52,345 nucleotides of DNA from Opitutus sp. GAS368 (GCA_945861645.1 CAMAVZ010000013.1:1-52345), one strand, 5' to 3'; numbered from the stretch's first letter, positions 16,149 through 26,501 are shown. Notes: a model not told the origin generated them from the letters alone. Program-made: numbers and translations.

Positions 16149-18701
16149 ATGGAGTTCTCCCTCGAAAAGAAAACTGCCAGCCTCAGCGTCGGCGATTTCG
16201 CCAGCTTTACCCTCGGGCCCCAATCAGCTGTCGGCGGCCCCCAAGGCATCGAACGCGCCCAACTGGGCCAGCAATGGCACCATACATTACGCCGCCAGGT
16301 GGAACAAGAATTCACGATCGATGGCACGCTGCGCGCAGACGTACAATTTGAGACCGCCATTAGCGGTCAACTGGTGCACCGCGGTTGGACCTTTCTGCTC
16401 GCCGGTCGCATCGATCAGATCATCAGTCGCACCTTGCGGGAAATAAAAAGTGTCACCCAGCATCTCCCCGCTGACGAGGCTACGCTGCGGGCCGACTACC
16501 CCAGCTATTTTCGCCAACTCGCCGCTTACCTGGTGCTCGCCCGCACGACCGCGCTACCACTGAACTCCTTCGAAACCGCGATGGTTAACCCGCGCGACCG
16601 CCCAACCCAACCTGCCCCACTTCGGGCCGAACTAATTTTTGTCGAAACCAGTTCAGGGCTGACCCAAACCATCGCGCTAACCCCGTTCGACGAAGCGCTC
16701 ATCTATCATCAGCTGGATGCGCTCGTCGAATTTCTAAATCTACGCGCTCGCGCCACCGCGCGGCGCCGCGACTTAGAATTTCAGCCGGCTTTTACTACCC
16801 TCCGCCTAGGACAGGAGAACATCCAAAAAGATTTAGCCGCCGCCTTTGCCGACCACGGCGGCGCCCCCACCCATGAGCGGATCTCGCGAAAAATTCTTTT
16901 TTTCGAAGCCCCCACTGGCTATGGCAAAACTGGCTGCGGGCTCGAATTTGCTCTCACCCAGCTGCGGGCGGGACATTTCGCTCGTCTCATCTGGCTCACC
17001 GGTAAAGCCACCGGCCAATTGCAAGTGGTACACACGCTTCAGCAGATGACCACCCCGAGAGAGCATAACCAATTAGGCCACCAGACCCCTTTAGCTTTCT
17101 GGCAAGTGCGGAACAAATCGGAGCACTGCGTTAATCATACTTTTCACTGCGTGCGCGCGGGCTGCGATTATCTCGCTGACGCCCCCGAACGTTGGGCGCA
17201 GAGCGGCTTGGCCAAATTCTATCTCGATGACCAACAACCGCGTGACCTCGAGTACCTCCGCACGGCCGGCCGCGAGGCGCGGATTTGTCCCTATGAAATA
17301 ACCCGCACCGCCCTGGCTTTTCAAGATGTCTGGATTGGCGATTTCAATTATGTCTTCGCTCCCGGTAATCGTGGAGTTTTTTTTGACCAACCCGGCTTTA
17401 ATCCGGCGGAGACGCTGTTGATTATCGATGAGGCCCACAACCTGCCCTCGCGGGTGGCGGGAGCCTATTCCCACCGCGCCAATGAGCGAACGGCTCGCCT
17501 CCTCTTGGTCGAGCTCGAGCATTTACAGGCCCCCGCACCGCTGGGGCAGGCCATCGAGGATTGGATCATGTTGCTCGCCTCCCTCAAACCGGCGGAATCG
17601 CTGGACCATGCGCTGGAAGATGAAATTCACGAACTTATCGCCCGCGTAGCCAATTTAGTTAGCACGCTCCCGCTAGACTACGCTGCGCTCGGGCCACAAC
17701 CCGCCGAAGCTCTTTGGCAATTTGCCGCCTTAGGCGACTTCCTCCATGATCGCACCTTAACGAAATTGCTCTGGGTCCCACGGGAAGGTGAGCTCGAGTT
17801 CACCTGCGTCGATGCCGCTCCGGCCATCGGTGATACGCTCAGAAAATTTGGCGGCGCCATCCTGATGTCAGCTACCCTGCAGCCCTACGATAATATCGCC
17901 GCGGCTTGTGGACTAACGGGCGAAGACGAGCCGGCAACGGCGGCCATGATGAACCGCCATTTATCCGCCAATCCTCCCCCTGCTTATGCCACCCTGCACG
18001 CGCCCACCCCCTGGCGCGCGGGCGCCTATGACATCGCCGTGGATCTGCGCGTTGAGACGACCTACAAACAACGCGCCAGTCACTATGGCACGACGGCTGC
18101 CACGATTGAAACCCTGCACGCCGCCGCCACTCGGATCTCGGCCTTTCGCGCCCCACCCGCCGCGCTCGTGGCCGTCGCCATTTTCTTTCCCTCCTATGCC
18201 TACGCTGAAGCCGTCCTCCGCGCGCTGGAGCAAAACGGCTCAGTGCTGCGCGTGGCCTTGCAGCCTAAGTTACCTGACCTCGCCGCGCAATCAGCTTGGG
18301 TGGAAGAGAGCCTCAAGCTGGCGGACGCCCTTTTCCTGGTTCTCGGCAGCAGTTTCGCCGAAGGCATCGATCTCCTCGGCGGACGAATTACGCATGCGAT
18401 GGTCGTAGGTCCAGCCTTGCCCGAAGTTAATGCGGTGCAAAAAGCCCGGCTCGCGGCGCTAGCCGGGCTCGGGCGCGAAGCGGCTTTTCGCCGCGTCTAT
18501 CAAATTCCTGGCCTGCAGAAAGTGAATCAAGCGCTCGGCCGACTCGTGCGGGCGCCAGGGCAACACGCCAAAGTTTTGCTGCATTGCTGCCGTTTTGCGG
18601 AGCCGAGCTACGCGGGACTCCTCGCGACCGACTACCAAATGTTCACGGAAATTGCCGCTGAGGCTGAGCTGCTAAATTGGCTCCACCAAACTAAAGTTTA
18701 G
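16149..18701 (+). CDS. DinG/XPD-family Fe-S helicase with N-terminal PD-(D/E)XK-like nuclease domain
   Basis: N-terminal G..WH...E...GRID...EIKS...QLAAY; APTGYGKT; Cys cluster C..., C, C, CPY; DEAH; SATL; EGID; QALGRLVR. Confidence 0.85.
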   Translation: MEFSLEKKTASLSVGDFASFTLGPQSAVGGPQGIERAQLGQQWHHTLRRQVEQEFTIDGTLRADVQFETAISGQLVHRGWTFLLAGRIDQIISRTLREIKSVTQHLPADEATLRADYPSYFRQLAAYLVLARTTALPLNSFETAMVNPRDRPTQPAPLRAELIFVETSSGLTQTIALTPFDEALIYHQLDALVEFLNLRARATARRRDLEFQPAFTTLRLGQENIQKDLAAAFADHGGAPTHERISRKILFFEAPTGYGKTGCGLEFALTQLRAGHFARLIWLTGKATGQLQVVHTLQQMTTPREHNQLGHQTPLAFWQVRNKSEHCVNHTFHCVRAGCDYLADAPERWAQSGLAKFYLDDQQPRDLEYLRTAGREARICPYEITRTALAFQDVWIGDFNYVFAPGNRGVFFDQPGFNPAETLLIIDEAHNLPSRVAGAYSHRANERTARLLLVELEHLQAPAPLGQAIEDWIMLLASLKPAESLDHALEDEIHELIARVANLVSTLPLDYAALGPQPAEALWQFAALGDFLHDRTLTKLLWVPREGELEFTCVDAAPAIGDTLRKFGGAILMSATLQPYDNIAAACGLTGEDEPATAAMMNRHLSANPPPAYATLHAPTPWRAGAYDIAVDLRVETTYKQRASHYGTTAATIETLHAAATRISAFRAPPAALVAVAIFFPSYAYAEAVLRALEQNGSVLRVALQPKLPDLAAQSAWVEESLKLADALFLVLGSSFAEGIDLLGGRITHAMVVGPALPEVNAVQKARLAALAGLGREAAFRRVYQIPGLQKVNQALGRLVRAPGQHAKVLLHCCRFAEPSYAGLLATDYQMFTEIAAEAELLNWLHQTKV

Positions 18702-18712
18702 CGCGGGGCCAA

Positions 18713-19732
18713 TCAGACCAAGGGCGACTCGCCGAGCAAGTTAGCAAAAATTAATTTGCCGCTCCCATTGGGCAAAACCCCGATAATTTCTGCCGTGACG
18801 CGTTTGCCGACATAAGCCCGCGCGTGATTAACCACCACCAGAGAGCCATCGGGCAAATAGCCGAGCGCCTGCCCATCCTCTTTGCCAACTTTAATCAGTT
18901 CAATGGCGATGCTTTCCCCAATGACTAATTCAGGTCGCAACGCGCTTTCGAGCGCCTGTAGATCTAGCCAAGCAACCCCTTGAAATTGCGCCATCTTCGC
19001 GAGATTAACATCGGTCGTTAGCAATTTAGCCCGCATCGATTGGGCAAGGAAGATCAACTTGGCTTCGCTATCCTGCAAACGAGCGACCTCACTCTGCTGA
19101 ATACGAATATCAAGGTGCTTGATAGCGCGCAGATCATTCAAGACCTGTAGACCGCGCCGCCCGCGCGCCTGCTTCACCGCATCATCGGCATCGGCAATCA
19201 GCTGCAATTCATTGAGCACAAAAGTTGGAATAATCAGCGCCGCACCCATAAATTGGGTTTGGCAAATTTTCGCAATCCGGCCGTCGACCAAAGCGGTTGT
19301 ATCAACGATGACCAACGGAACTTCTACTTCTTGCGGCACGAAACGCACATACGGAATGACTAAATTAAAATCATCTTTACCGCGCAACGCGATGACCGTG
19401 CCGAGATAGGTGCAAATGATGAACAAGGCCATTTGCACCAGATAAATAATCTGGGAATCGCCGCGGTTAAGCAGTGGCGAATTAGCAACCAACCAAGCCA
19501 CGAGGGCCCCCATGCCTAAGCCAAAAGTGACCGCCGTCAGACCGCGCACCGAGAATCCCTTCAGCAGGAGATCCACGAGGATCACTAACACCCCCAGCAT
19601 CAGGCCAATGCTGACAGCGAGCTCTCGCCGCTGGTCCCATTCTTCTACGGTATAGCAGATCAACCAGCTCGCGATCGCACAAAATGCGATAAATAAAATC
19701 CGAATAACGAGCAGAGTTTTATTCATGGGCAA
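18713..19732 (-). CDS. PIN/TRAM domain membrane protein (YacL-like)
   Basis: Four N-terminal TMs, DTTALVDGRI, RGRRGL, TTDVNL, GKEDGQALGYLPDGSLVVV. Confidence 0.92.
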   Translation of the reverse strand: MPMNKTLLVIRILFIAFCAIASWLICYTVEEWDQRRELAVSIGLMLGVLVILVDLLLKGFSVRGLTAVTFGLGMGALVAWLVANSPLLNRGDSQIIYLVQMALFIICTYLGTVIALRGKDDFNLVIPYVRFVPQEVEVPLVIVDTTALVDGRIAKICQTQFMGAALIIPTFVLNELQLIADADDAVKQARGRRGLQVLNDLRAIKHLDIRIQQSEVARLQDSEAKLIFLAQSMRAKLLTTDVNLAKMAQFQGVAWLDLQALESALRPELVIGESIAIELIKVGKEDGQALGYLPDGSLVVVNHARAYVGKRVTAEIIGVLPNGSGKLIFANLLGESPLV

Positions 19733-19903
19733 AATGACTGCCTTAATTAAAAAACCCCCGATTCTTCAACCCCAGGAGAAGAAACGGCAGAATCAGGAAA
19801 ATAATCATGACGCCATAAAGAATCATTTGTGCCCGCTGGGCTTTCTTCTCTAGCTCTGGGTTAGGCACACTCATCTACCGCATCCGACCAATCCCCTCAT
19901 CCG

Positions 19904-20317
19904 ATGACAACGCAATACTGGCTCGTTAAATCAGAACCCTCCGCCTACGCGTGGGCCGATCTGGTGCGCGATCGGCGCACCGCGTGGACCGGCGTACGCA
20001 ACTACGCCGCTCGGCTACACCTTAAAACCATGCAAAAAGGGGATGAAGTCTTTTTTTACCATAGCGTTGAAAGCAAGAGCATCGTGGGCCTAGCCCGGGT
20101 GACCAAAATATTTTTTCCTGACCCGACCGCCCCCAATGAGGATTGGGCTGCGGTTGAGCTCACTGCCGTCGTGGCCTTGGCCCAACCCGTCACCCTCGCC
20201 CAAGTCAAAACTGACGCAAAGCTACAAAACATTGCTCTCGTTCGCCAAAGTCGACTTTCAGTCATGCCCCTCCGACCGGCGGAATTCGCGCAGATCAAAC
20301 AGCTCGGCGGCATCTGA
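19904..20317 (+). CDS. EVE domain protein
   Basis: YWLVKSEP, WTGVRNYAAR, GDEVFFYHS, RQSRLSVMP. Confidence 0.93.
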   Translation: MTTQYWLVKSEPSAYAWADLVRDRRTAWTGVRNYAARLHLKTMQKGDEVFFYHSVESKSIVGLARVTKIFFPDPTAPNEDWAAVELTAVVALAQPVTLAQVKTDAKLQNIALVRQSRLSVMPLRPAEFAQIKQLGGI

Positions 20318-20396
20318 GCCCACCCTCGCGGCATCACCTCAGCGCAGCCACAAGCTCGACAATTTCGCTAGAGAAGTTTTTCGTTACTCCGATCAC

Positions 20397-21251
20397 GTGA
20401 CCAACCATATCGCCATTCTCGGCTCGGGTCTCCTTGGCGCCTCTGTCGCACAGGCTGCTCGTCATTTCAGCGCCGCCCAGCGTATCACCCTCTGGGCCCG
20501 CCGACCCGAAACCCGCCAAGAACTGAAGGGGCAAACGTGGTGCGACCACGTCGCTGCTTCCGCAACCGACGCGGTCAAGGGCGCCGAGTTAACGATCATC
20601 TGCAGTCCGGTAGATCAAATTATCCCGCTGCTTACTACCATTGCTCCCCACCTAGCGGCTGGTTCGTTCGTCACGGATGTGGGCAGCGTGAAAACTGAAA
20701 TTTGTCAAAAAGGCCACTCAGCGATTTTTCCCCACGCCCATTTTGTTGGCTCTCACCCTATGGCCGGATCAGAAAAAACGGGCTGGGCGCACGCGCGACC
20801 TGATCTTTTTGTCGGTCGCACTGTATTTGTCACCCCACGCCCTGACACTGCGCCTGCCGCCACCGCCCACGTCGCTGCTTTCTGGACTGCGCTGGCGGGT
20901 AAGGTTGCTACGGTAGCACCTGACGCCCACGACGAGATTGTCGCGCATATCAGCCATCTGCCTCAAGTCCTCGCCTCCACGCTTTGCGCGGCCCTGCAGC
21001 GCCAAAATCCACAGTGGCACACTTACTCGGGCGGAGGGCTCCGCGATACGACCCGCATCGCGAGCAGTGACCCAAAACTTTGGCGAACAATCCTCGAACA
21101 AAATCGCGACGAAGTCCTCGGCGCCCTTCGTCGTTATCAAACCGAGCTCACCAGCCTCGAATCCGCACTCACCCATCGCAATTGGGCAGAAGTTCAAGCG
21201 ATCCTCGAGAGTGGGAAAAATTATCGCGACCAGTTTCGCCCGACGCCCTAG
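20397..21251 (+). CDS. tyrA: Prephenate/arogenate dehydrogenase
   Basis: GSGLLG Rossmann, TDVGSVK, HPMAGSE, HD...A.ISHLP, GLRDTTRIA; GTG start at 20397 preferred over 20136. Confidence 0.92.
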   Translation: MTNHIAILGSGLLGASVAQAARHFSAAQRITLWARRPETRQELKGQTWCDHVAASATDAVKGAELTIICSPVDQIIPLLTTIAPHLAAGSFVTDVGSVKTEICQKGHSAIFPHAHFVGSHPMAGSEKTGWAHARPDLFVGRTVFVTPRPDTAPAATAHVAAFWTALAGKVATVAPDAHDEIVAHISHLPQVLASTLCAALQRQNPQWHTYSGGGLRDTTRIASSDPKLWRTILEQNRDEVLGALRRYQTELTSLESALTHRNWAEVQAILESGKNYRDQFRPTP

Positions 21252-21303
21252 CCGGTAACGGCGCTCGCTGAGTGCCGCCCGGTGGTCTGCGACCATCGCT
21301 TCC

Positions 21304-22566
21304 ATGCCCTCTCTTCCCGCCCTACTCCCCATCATCCCCTTTACCGGACCGGTCCGGGGCAGCGTCACTTTACCCGGATCGAAAAGTATCACTAATCGCG
21401 CCTTAATTCTCGCCGCGCTTGGTCCCACCACGGTCACACTCCGCAACGCCCTCTTCAGCCGGGATACGCGGATCATGATTGCGGCATTGCGCGCCCTGGG
21501 CTTCGAAATTACGGCTGATGAATCTGCTCTCACCATTACGATCACGGGTGGGGGCGGTAAAATCTCTCAACGTGAAGCCCAGATCGAAGTCGGCAATGCC
21601 GGCACCGCGGCGCGCTTTCTCACGGCCTTGGTCAGTTTGCACCCTGAGGGCACCTATCATTTCGACGGAGATGCAGCGATGCGCCGGCGACCCATTGGAA
21701 CTTTGCTCGAAGCGCTCGAACAGCAGGGAGCCACCGCCTCGGCCCGCTCTTTTCCCTTCACCTTAAAAACCGCCGGCCTAAGCGGCGGGAACGTGCGGCT
21801 CGACGCGACGGAAAGCAGCCAATTACTTTCTGCCTTACTGATGGTTGCCCCGCACGCTCGCTCGCCGCTCACGGTCCAACTTAAAGGCGAGACGGTCTCG
21901 CGGCCCTTTGTCGCAATGACGGAGCGAATGGTTCAGCAATTTTTCACCCCCGTGGTTGATTATGCCATCGAAGGCGATGCCACCGCCGCCAGCTATTTCG
22001 CAGCCCTCGCCTTGATCACTCAGGGTCAACTTACCGTCAACGGCCTGAATCTCAGTCCTGCCGCGTTGCAGGGTGATGCAGAATTCTACCGCTTACTGGC
22101 GACGCATCAATTGATCACTCCATCGGATCATCCGGTGGCCAGTGGCCCCAAACGGAACGGCTTCAGCGCTGACTTTAATCATTTCTCCGACACGTTTCTG
22201 ACCCTCGCTGCCCTGGCTCCTCTGCTTGAGGGGCCAACGCGCATCACCGGCATAGCGCATACCCGTAAACAAGAAACCGATCGCGTCGCCGGCATGGCCC
22301 GCGAACTAAGAAAACTCGGCCAGCAGGTCATTGAAACTGAGGATACTTTAGAAATTCATCCTCGGCCGCTCACGCCGCACAGGGAAATTGAAACCTACCA
22401 CGACCATCGCTTCGCCATGAGTTTCGGAATCCTCGGCTGCTATGATCTATTAAAAAACGGCCAAGCTTGGCTGAGCATAAAAGACCCCGCGTGTTGCGCT
22501 AAAACTTTCCCGAGCTTCTTTGACTTGCTGGCTGACCTGCGCGGTAATTCTGTGCTTTTGGCATGA
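21304..22566 (+). CDS. aroA: 3-phosphoshikimate 1-carboxyvinyltransferase
   Basis: LPGSKSITNR, GNAGTAARFL, SSQ..SALLM, RKQETDR, DHRFAMSF, KTFP. Confidence 0.95.
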   Translation: MPSLPALLPIIPFTGPVRGSVTLPGSKSITNRALILAALGPTTVTLRNALFSRDTRIMIAALRALGFEITADESALTITITGGGGKISQREAQIEVGNAGTAARFLTALVSLHPEGTYHFDGDAAMRRRPIGTLLEALEQQGATASARSFPFTLKTAGLSGGNVRLDATESSQLLSALLMVAPHARSPLTVQLKGETVSRPFVAMTERMVQQFFTPVVDYAIEGDATAASYFAALALITQGQLTVNGLNLSPAALQGDAEFYRLLATHQLITPSDHPVASGPKRNGFSADFNHFSDTFLTLAALAPLLEGPTRITGIAHTRKQETDRVAGMARELRKLGQQVIETEDTLEIHPRPLTPHREIETYHDHRFAMSFGILGCYDLLKNGQAWLSIKDPACCAKTFPSFFDLLADLRGNSVLLA

Positions 22567-22603
22567 CTCCCCTCTCCGGCCTTATCTGCTCGCGCGCCGC
22601 GCT

Positions 22604-23266
22604 ATGACCAGCACCCCGTCATTCATAATCATCGCAATCGACGGCGGGGCGGCCTCAGGGAAATCGTCCACCTCGAAAATTCTCGCTGAACGTTTTAACC
22701 TTCTGCACGTGGACACCGGATCGTTTTACCGGCATATTACTCACGAGTTGCTGCGGCGTGGGGTGCTTCCCACCAACCTCGCCGCCCTCACCTCGGCTCT
22801 CACTCAATTAAATTTTACCACGCAACTCCAAGGCCGCTCAGCCCAACTCATGATCGACGGTCAACCAGCCGATCACGAAATTCGCGGGCAAAATATTAAC
22901 GAGCGGGTCTCCCATTACGCCGCTATTCCTGCGGTCCGCCAGAAACTGCTGGGCTACCAACGAGGTCAAGTAGCGGTGGCGCAGCAGCATGGCTTTCGCG
23001 GTCTAGTCATGGAGGGACGGGATATTGGCTCCGTCATTTTCCCGGCGGCTGACTACCGGTTCTTTCTTCATGCCGATCCGATGGAACGAGCCAAACGCCG
23101 CGCGCGCGAAGGCCAATTAGACTCCATTGCGGAACGTGACCGCCTTGACTCTTCCCGGAAAGCGTCACCCCTCGTCAGCCCGACTGGGGCCATCGCGATT
23201 GACTCAACCTGCCTGACCCTTGAACAAGTTGTGGAAAAAATGGCCGCCTTGATGGAACAAAGCTGA
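22604..23266 (+). CDS. cmk: Cytidylate kinase
   Basis: IAIDGGAASGKSS, DTGSFYR, EGRDIGSVIFP, ERDRLDS; ATG at 22604. Confidence 0.94.
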   Translation: MTSTPSFIIIAIDGGAASGKSSTSKILAERFNLLHVDTGSFYRHITHELLRRGVLPTNLAALTSALTQLNFTTQLQGRSAQLMIDGQPADHEIRGQNINERVSHYAAIPAVRQKLLGYQRGQVAVAQQHGFRGLVMEGRDIGSVIFPAADYRFFLHADPMERAKRRAREGQLDSIAERDRLDSSRKASPLVSPTGAIAIDSTCLTLEQVVEKMAALMEQS

Positions 23267-23294
23267 GCTAAGCGCACCGGCCCACCGATTCGCC

Positions 23295-23954
23295 ATGCCG
23301 AACATACCCGATCACCTGACGATGAAACCGTTCTACGGCTTCTTTCATTATCTGGCCGGCGTCATTCATGCGATGTGGTTTAGGGGCGAAGTAGTCGGCC
23401 AAGAAAATTTCCCCCGCCAAGGCCCTTTTCTGATCGCGGCCAACCATGCCAGCCATCTCGACCCGCCCATCGTCGCCAGTCAAATTGCTAAACAAATGCG
23501 ATTTTTCGCGCGCAAGAGCCTGTGGGATAATCGACTCGTGGGCTGGTGGCTCGCTAACGTCGGGACCATTCCCGTCGAGCGTGACAGTGGCGACATCGGG
23601 GCAATCAAACGTGTCTTTCAGGCCCTAGAAGAAGATCGTGCGGTGGTGCTTTTCCCGGAAGGCACTCGCTCACCGGATGGCAATTTACAAAAACCTAAAG
23701 CCGGCGTCGGCTTTATGGCCTGCAAGACCGGCGTCCCCGTCGTCCCCTGCCGTGTCTTCGACTCCTTTGAAGCTTTCGGCAAAGGCCAGCGTGTCCCCCA
23801 CTTCGGCGCCCCTATCACGATTGTTTTTGGTCCGCCCATCTTGGCCGCTGATTACGATGATCCCGCCCTCGGTAAAGCGCGTTACGAAACTGCCGCCCAA
23901 CGCATCATGGACCGGATCGCCGCGCTACCGCGCCCCAGCTATCCCGTGATCTGA
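23295..23954 (+). CDS. plsC: 1-acyl-sn-glycerol-3-phosphate acyltransferase
   Basis: NHASHLD (HX4D) and FPEGTRS motifs. Confidence 0.9.
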   Translation: MPNIPDHLTMKPFYGFFHYLAGVIHAMWFRGEVVGQENFPRQGPFLIAANHASHLDPPIVASQIAKQMRFFARKSLWDNRLVGWWLANVGTIPVERDSGDIGAIKRVFQALEEDRAVVLFPEGTRSPDGNLQKPKAGVGFMACKTGVPVVPCRVFDSFEAFGKGQRVPHFGAPITIVFGPPILAADYDDPALGKARYETAAQRIMDRIAALPRPSYPVI

Positions 23955-24002
23955 GCCTTTAGCGGCCCAGTACTGCAGCGCACATCACGCTGAGGGAAAA
24001 CA

Positions 24003-24971
24003 CTACCGTAATCCGCAAGCGCGACGCGCGCGGACCATGACCTGGCTTGCCACCGCCCGCGCCCGAGTCGCTCCGTCTTGCAATACCTGAGCGACGTACT
24101 CGGGCTGAGCCGCCAACTCGGCTCGTCTCGCCCGAAAGGAGGCAAAGAAATTCCAGTAATGCTCGAAGAGTGCTTGCTTTAAATTCCCGTAACCGAGCCC
24201 GCCAGCGCGCAGCCGATTTTCATAATCCGTGGCGACCGCCGCCGGGGCGAACAGCTTGAGTAATTGAATTGCGAGATTCTGGTCAGCATCAGGCTTGGGT
24301 TCAGCCGGGGTCCGCGAGTCCATGACGATTCCCATGATTTTTTTCCGGAGCATTTTTTCCTCACCGAAAATCTCAATCGTGTTGCCGTAACTTTTTGACA
24401 TTTTCTGGCCATCGAGTCCGGGAATAAGCGCGACCGATTCCGCAATGCGCTCTTCCGGCACAATCAGCGTCTCGCCATAAGTTTGATTAAACTTAATCGC
24501 GATATCACGCGTCATCTCGAGATGCTGCTTCTGATCCTTACCGACCGGCACGATATGAGTATCGTAGAGTAGAATATCGGCTGCCATCAGCACGGGATAG
24601 GCAAACAGTCCAAAATTAGCTGAAATCCCCTTGGCCGTCTTGTCCTTGTAGCTGTGGGCGCGCTCAAGCAATCCCATCGGTGTCAGACTGCCGAGCAGCC
24701 AAGTAAGTTCGCAAACTTCCGGCACATCGCTTTGCCGCCAAAAAACCGCCTTGGTTGGGTCGAGGCCACAAGCGAGCCAGTCGAGCGCAATGCCCTGGGT
24801 ATACGCGAGGCGCTCGGCCGCATCGGTCAGCGACGTCATCGAATGATAGTCAGCGATAAAGTAAAAAGCATCGCCGGCTGCTTGCAGTTCAATCGCCGGC
24901 CGCATCGCGCCGAAATAATTGCCGATGTGCAAAGTACCAGAAGGCGTGATGCCAGTGAGGACGCGGGGCAT
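24003..24971 (-). CDS. trpS: Tryptophan--tRNA ligase
   Basis: TGITPSG.LHIGNY, YPVLMAADIL, VPVGKDQKQH, KMSKS. Confidence 0.97.
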   Translation of the reverse strand: MPRVLTGITPSGTLHIGNYFGAMRPAIELQAAGDAFYFIADYHSMTSLTDAAERLAYTQGIALDWLACGLDPTKAVFWRQSDVPEVCELTWLLGSLTPMGLLERAHSYKDKTAKGISANFGLFAYPVLMAADILLYDTHIVPVGKDQKQHLEMTRDIAIKFNQTYGETLIVPEERIAESVALIPGLDGQKMSKSYGNTIEIFGEEKMLRKKIMGIVMDSRTPAEPKPDADQNLAIQLLKLFAPAAVATDYENRLRAGGLGYGNLKQALFEHYWNFFASFRARRAELAAQPEYVAQVLQDGATRARAVASQVMVRARRACGLR

Positions 24972-25062
24972 ATTTTAAAAAAATTGTTACGGAAATGAGC
25001 GCGAATCGATAAAAATGAAGCGCAAGAAGAGCAGGAGCAAGCTGGAGATGACGAGCGTGTTT

Positions 25063-25743
25063 TTAATCGCGACGAGCGAACGTGGTGATCGTTTGGCGCG
25101 AGCGCGCAATGGTCGCCGCCGGCAGGTAACCACCAAAAACCGTGCCCGGCATCACCAAAGCCCGCGGGCCCAGTAATGTCCCTGGGTTCAAAACTGCATT
25201 GCAACCAACCTCCGCCCCATCCCCCAGCACTGCGCCAAATTTTTTAAGACCGGTTTTTACCAGACCGCTCGGCAAACGGAGACTGACCTCCGCCTGATCG
25301 AGTCGCAGATTGGAGCAAACGACTCCGGCCCCTAAATGTGCGCCCGTGCCGAGCAAGGAATCACCGACGTAGTTAAAATGCGGCGCCTGGACTCCATCGA
25401 GTAAAAGACAGTTCTTAAACTCGCTCGCGTTACCCAACACGCAGCCTTCCCCGACGATCACTTGACCGCGAATCAAGGCACCTGGGCGGATCTGGGTGTT
25501 AGCTCCAATATAAACTGGCCCAATGATGGTGGCATACGCCGGCAATTTTACGGAGGGATGCAGCCAAACCTTACCTTCGAGGTGCACCCCAGGAGGAATT
25601 TTCGGACCAGGCGCACTGATTTCCACCGAACCGAGCGCCGCCGCAATCTGTGGGAGCCAATGCCACGGGGGCGCTTCGGCCAAGAAATTAGGCGCGAAAC
25701 GAGCTAACGACGCAGGCAGGGCAAAGAAATCGGAAGCTTTCAC
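25063..25743 (-). CDS. Stand-alone hexapeptide-repeat acyltransferase (GlmU C-terminal-like)
   Basis: GPVYIG, IRPGA.IRG, EFKN, HFNYVGDS.LG, GAG...SN.R.D, KFGA.LGD...VGCN.VLNPG; no nucleotidyltransferase domain. Confidence 0.8.
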   Translation of the reverse strand: MKASDFFALPASLARFAPNFLAEAPPWHWLPQIAAALGSVEISAPGPKIPPGVHLEGKVWLHPSVKLPAYATIIGPVYIGANTQIRPGALIRGQVIVGEGCVLGNASEFKNCLLLDGVQAPHFNYVGDSLLGTGAHLGAGVVCSNLRLDQAEVSLRLPSGLVKTGLKKFGAVLGDGAEVGCNAVLNPGTLLGPRALVMPGTVFGGYLPAATIARSRQTITTFARRD

Positions 25744-25874
25744 AAACTCACGTATAACAAAAAAAACACGAAGGAACAGCGGTTTTTAAAATGAAACCAG
25801 TCGAGCAAATGCCGGCTGTAAATCTACTGGGCGCCTAAAATAAGCCTACCCCCAACGGCCCTCGGTAATTATTT

Positions 25875-26489
25875 TCACCCAAAGAAATTTTCTTCCAGCA
25901 TCAGCGATAAACAGTGATAAATCGGGAGGTGATATTCCTGGACGCGGTAGGTTTCCGTCGAGGGGGCACAAATGCACACCGTGCACCATGCCTTGAGCTT
26001 GCCCCCACTCGCCCCCGTGAGGCCAATCACCGGCAAGCCCTTGGCCCGAGCGACCTCCGCCGCGGCGCCCACATTCTTAGCATTACCCGAGGTGCTGAGC
26101 CCCACGAAAACATCGCCCGGCCGACCGAGGGCAGAGGTTAATTGGGCGTAGGCTAAAGCCGGATCGACGTCATTGCCAAACGCCGTGCTCGCCGCGGGGA
26201 AAGATGTCAGCGGAATCGCCGGGAGCGCGCCTTGCAGCTTTTGCGCGATCTCCGGACGCAGCGTCCCCCGCTCCTGCATGGATAAGGGACGGTCTTTGCA
26301 GAAACCCTTGAGTAGTTCCCCCGCCCAGTGATCTGCATCGGCGGCGCTCCCGCCATTGCCGCACAAGAGGACTTTGCCGCCAGCCTGAAAGGAATCACGC
26401 AGAATCTCGTAGGCCTGCAGGATAGATGGCTCAGCGGTGGCGAGTTCAGGCAAACGTCGGAGAAGTTCAGTGAGATGACGGTGGGGCAT
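25875..26489 (-). CDS. SIS-domain phosphosugar isomerase (GmhA-like)
   Basis: CGNGGSAADA.H, NDV, STSGNAKN, GLTG, QEYH. Confidence 0.85.
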   Translation of the reverse strand: MPHRHLTELLRRLPELATAEPSILQAYEILRDSFQAGGKVLLCGNGGSAADADHWAGELLKGFCKDRPLSMQERGTLRPEIAQKLQGALPAIPLTSFPAASTAFGNDVDPALAYAQLTSALGRPGDVFVGLSTSGNAKNVGAAAEVARAKGLPVIGLTGASGGKLKAWCTVCICAPSTETYRVQEYHLPIYHCLSLMLEENFFG

Positions 26490-26501
26490 AAAAAATCTTA
26501 C

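Noticed and set aside
16149..18701. Type IV CRISPR CasDinG or cas4 locus
   Set aside because: No repeats/spacers or other cas genes in the window.
18713..20317. PIN + EVE as a toxin or defence module
   Set aside because: PIN/TRAM is the housekeeping YacL type, the genes are divergent, and stand-alone EVE heads the tyrA-aroA-cmk run.
24972..25062. T-box or attenuator upstream of trpS
   Set aside because: The spacer is only about 90 nt with no T-box motif or Trp-codon leader peptide.
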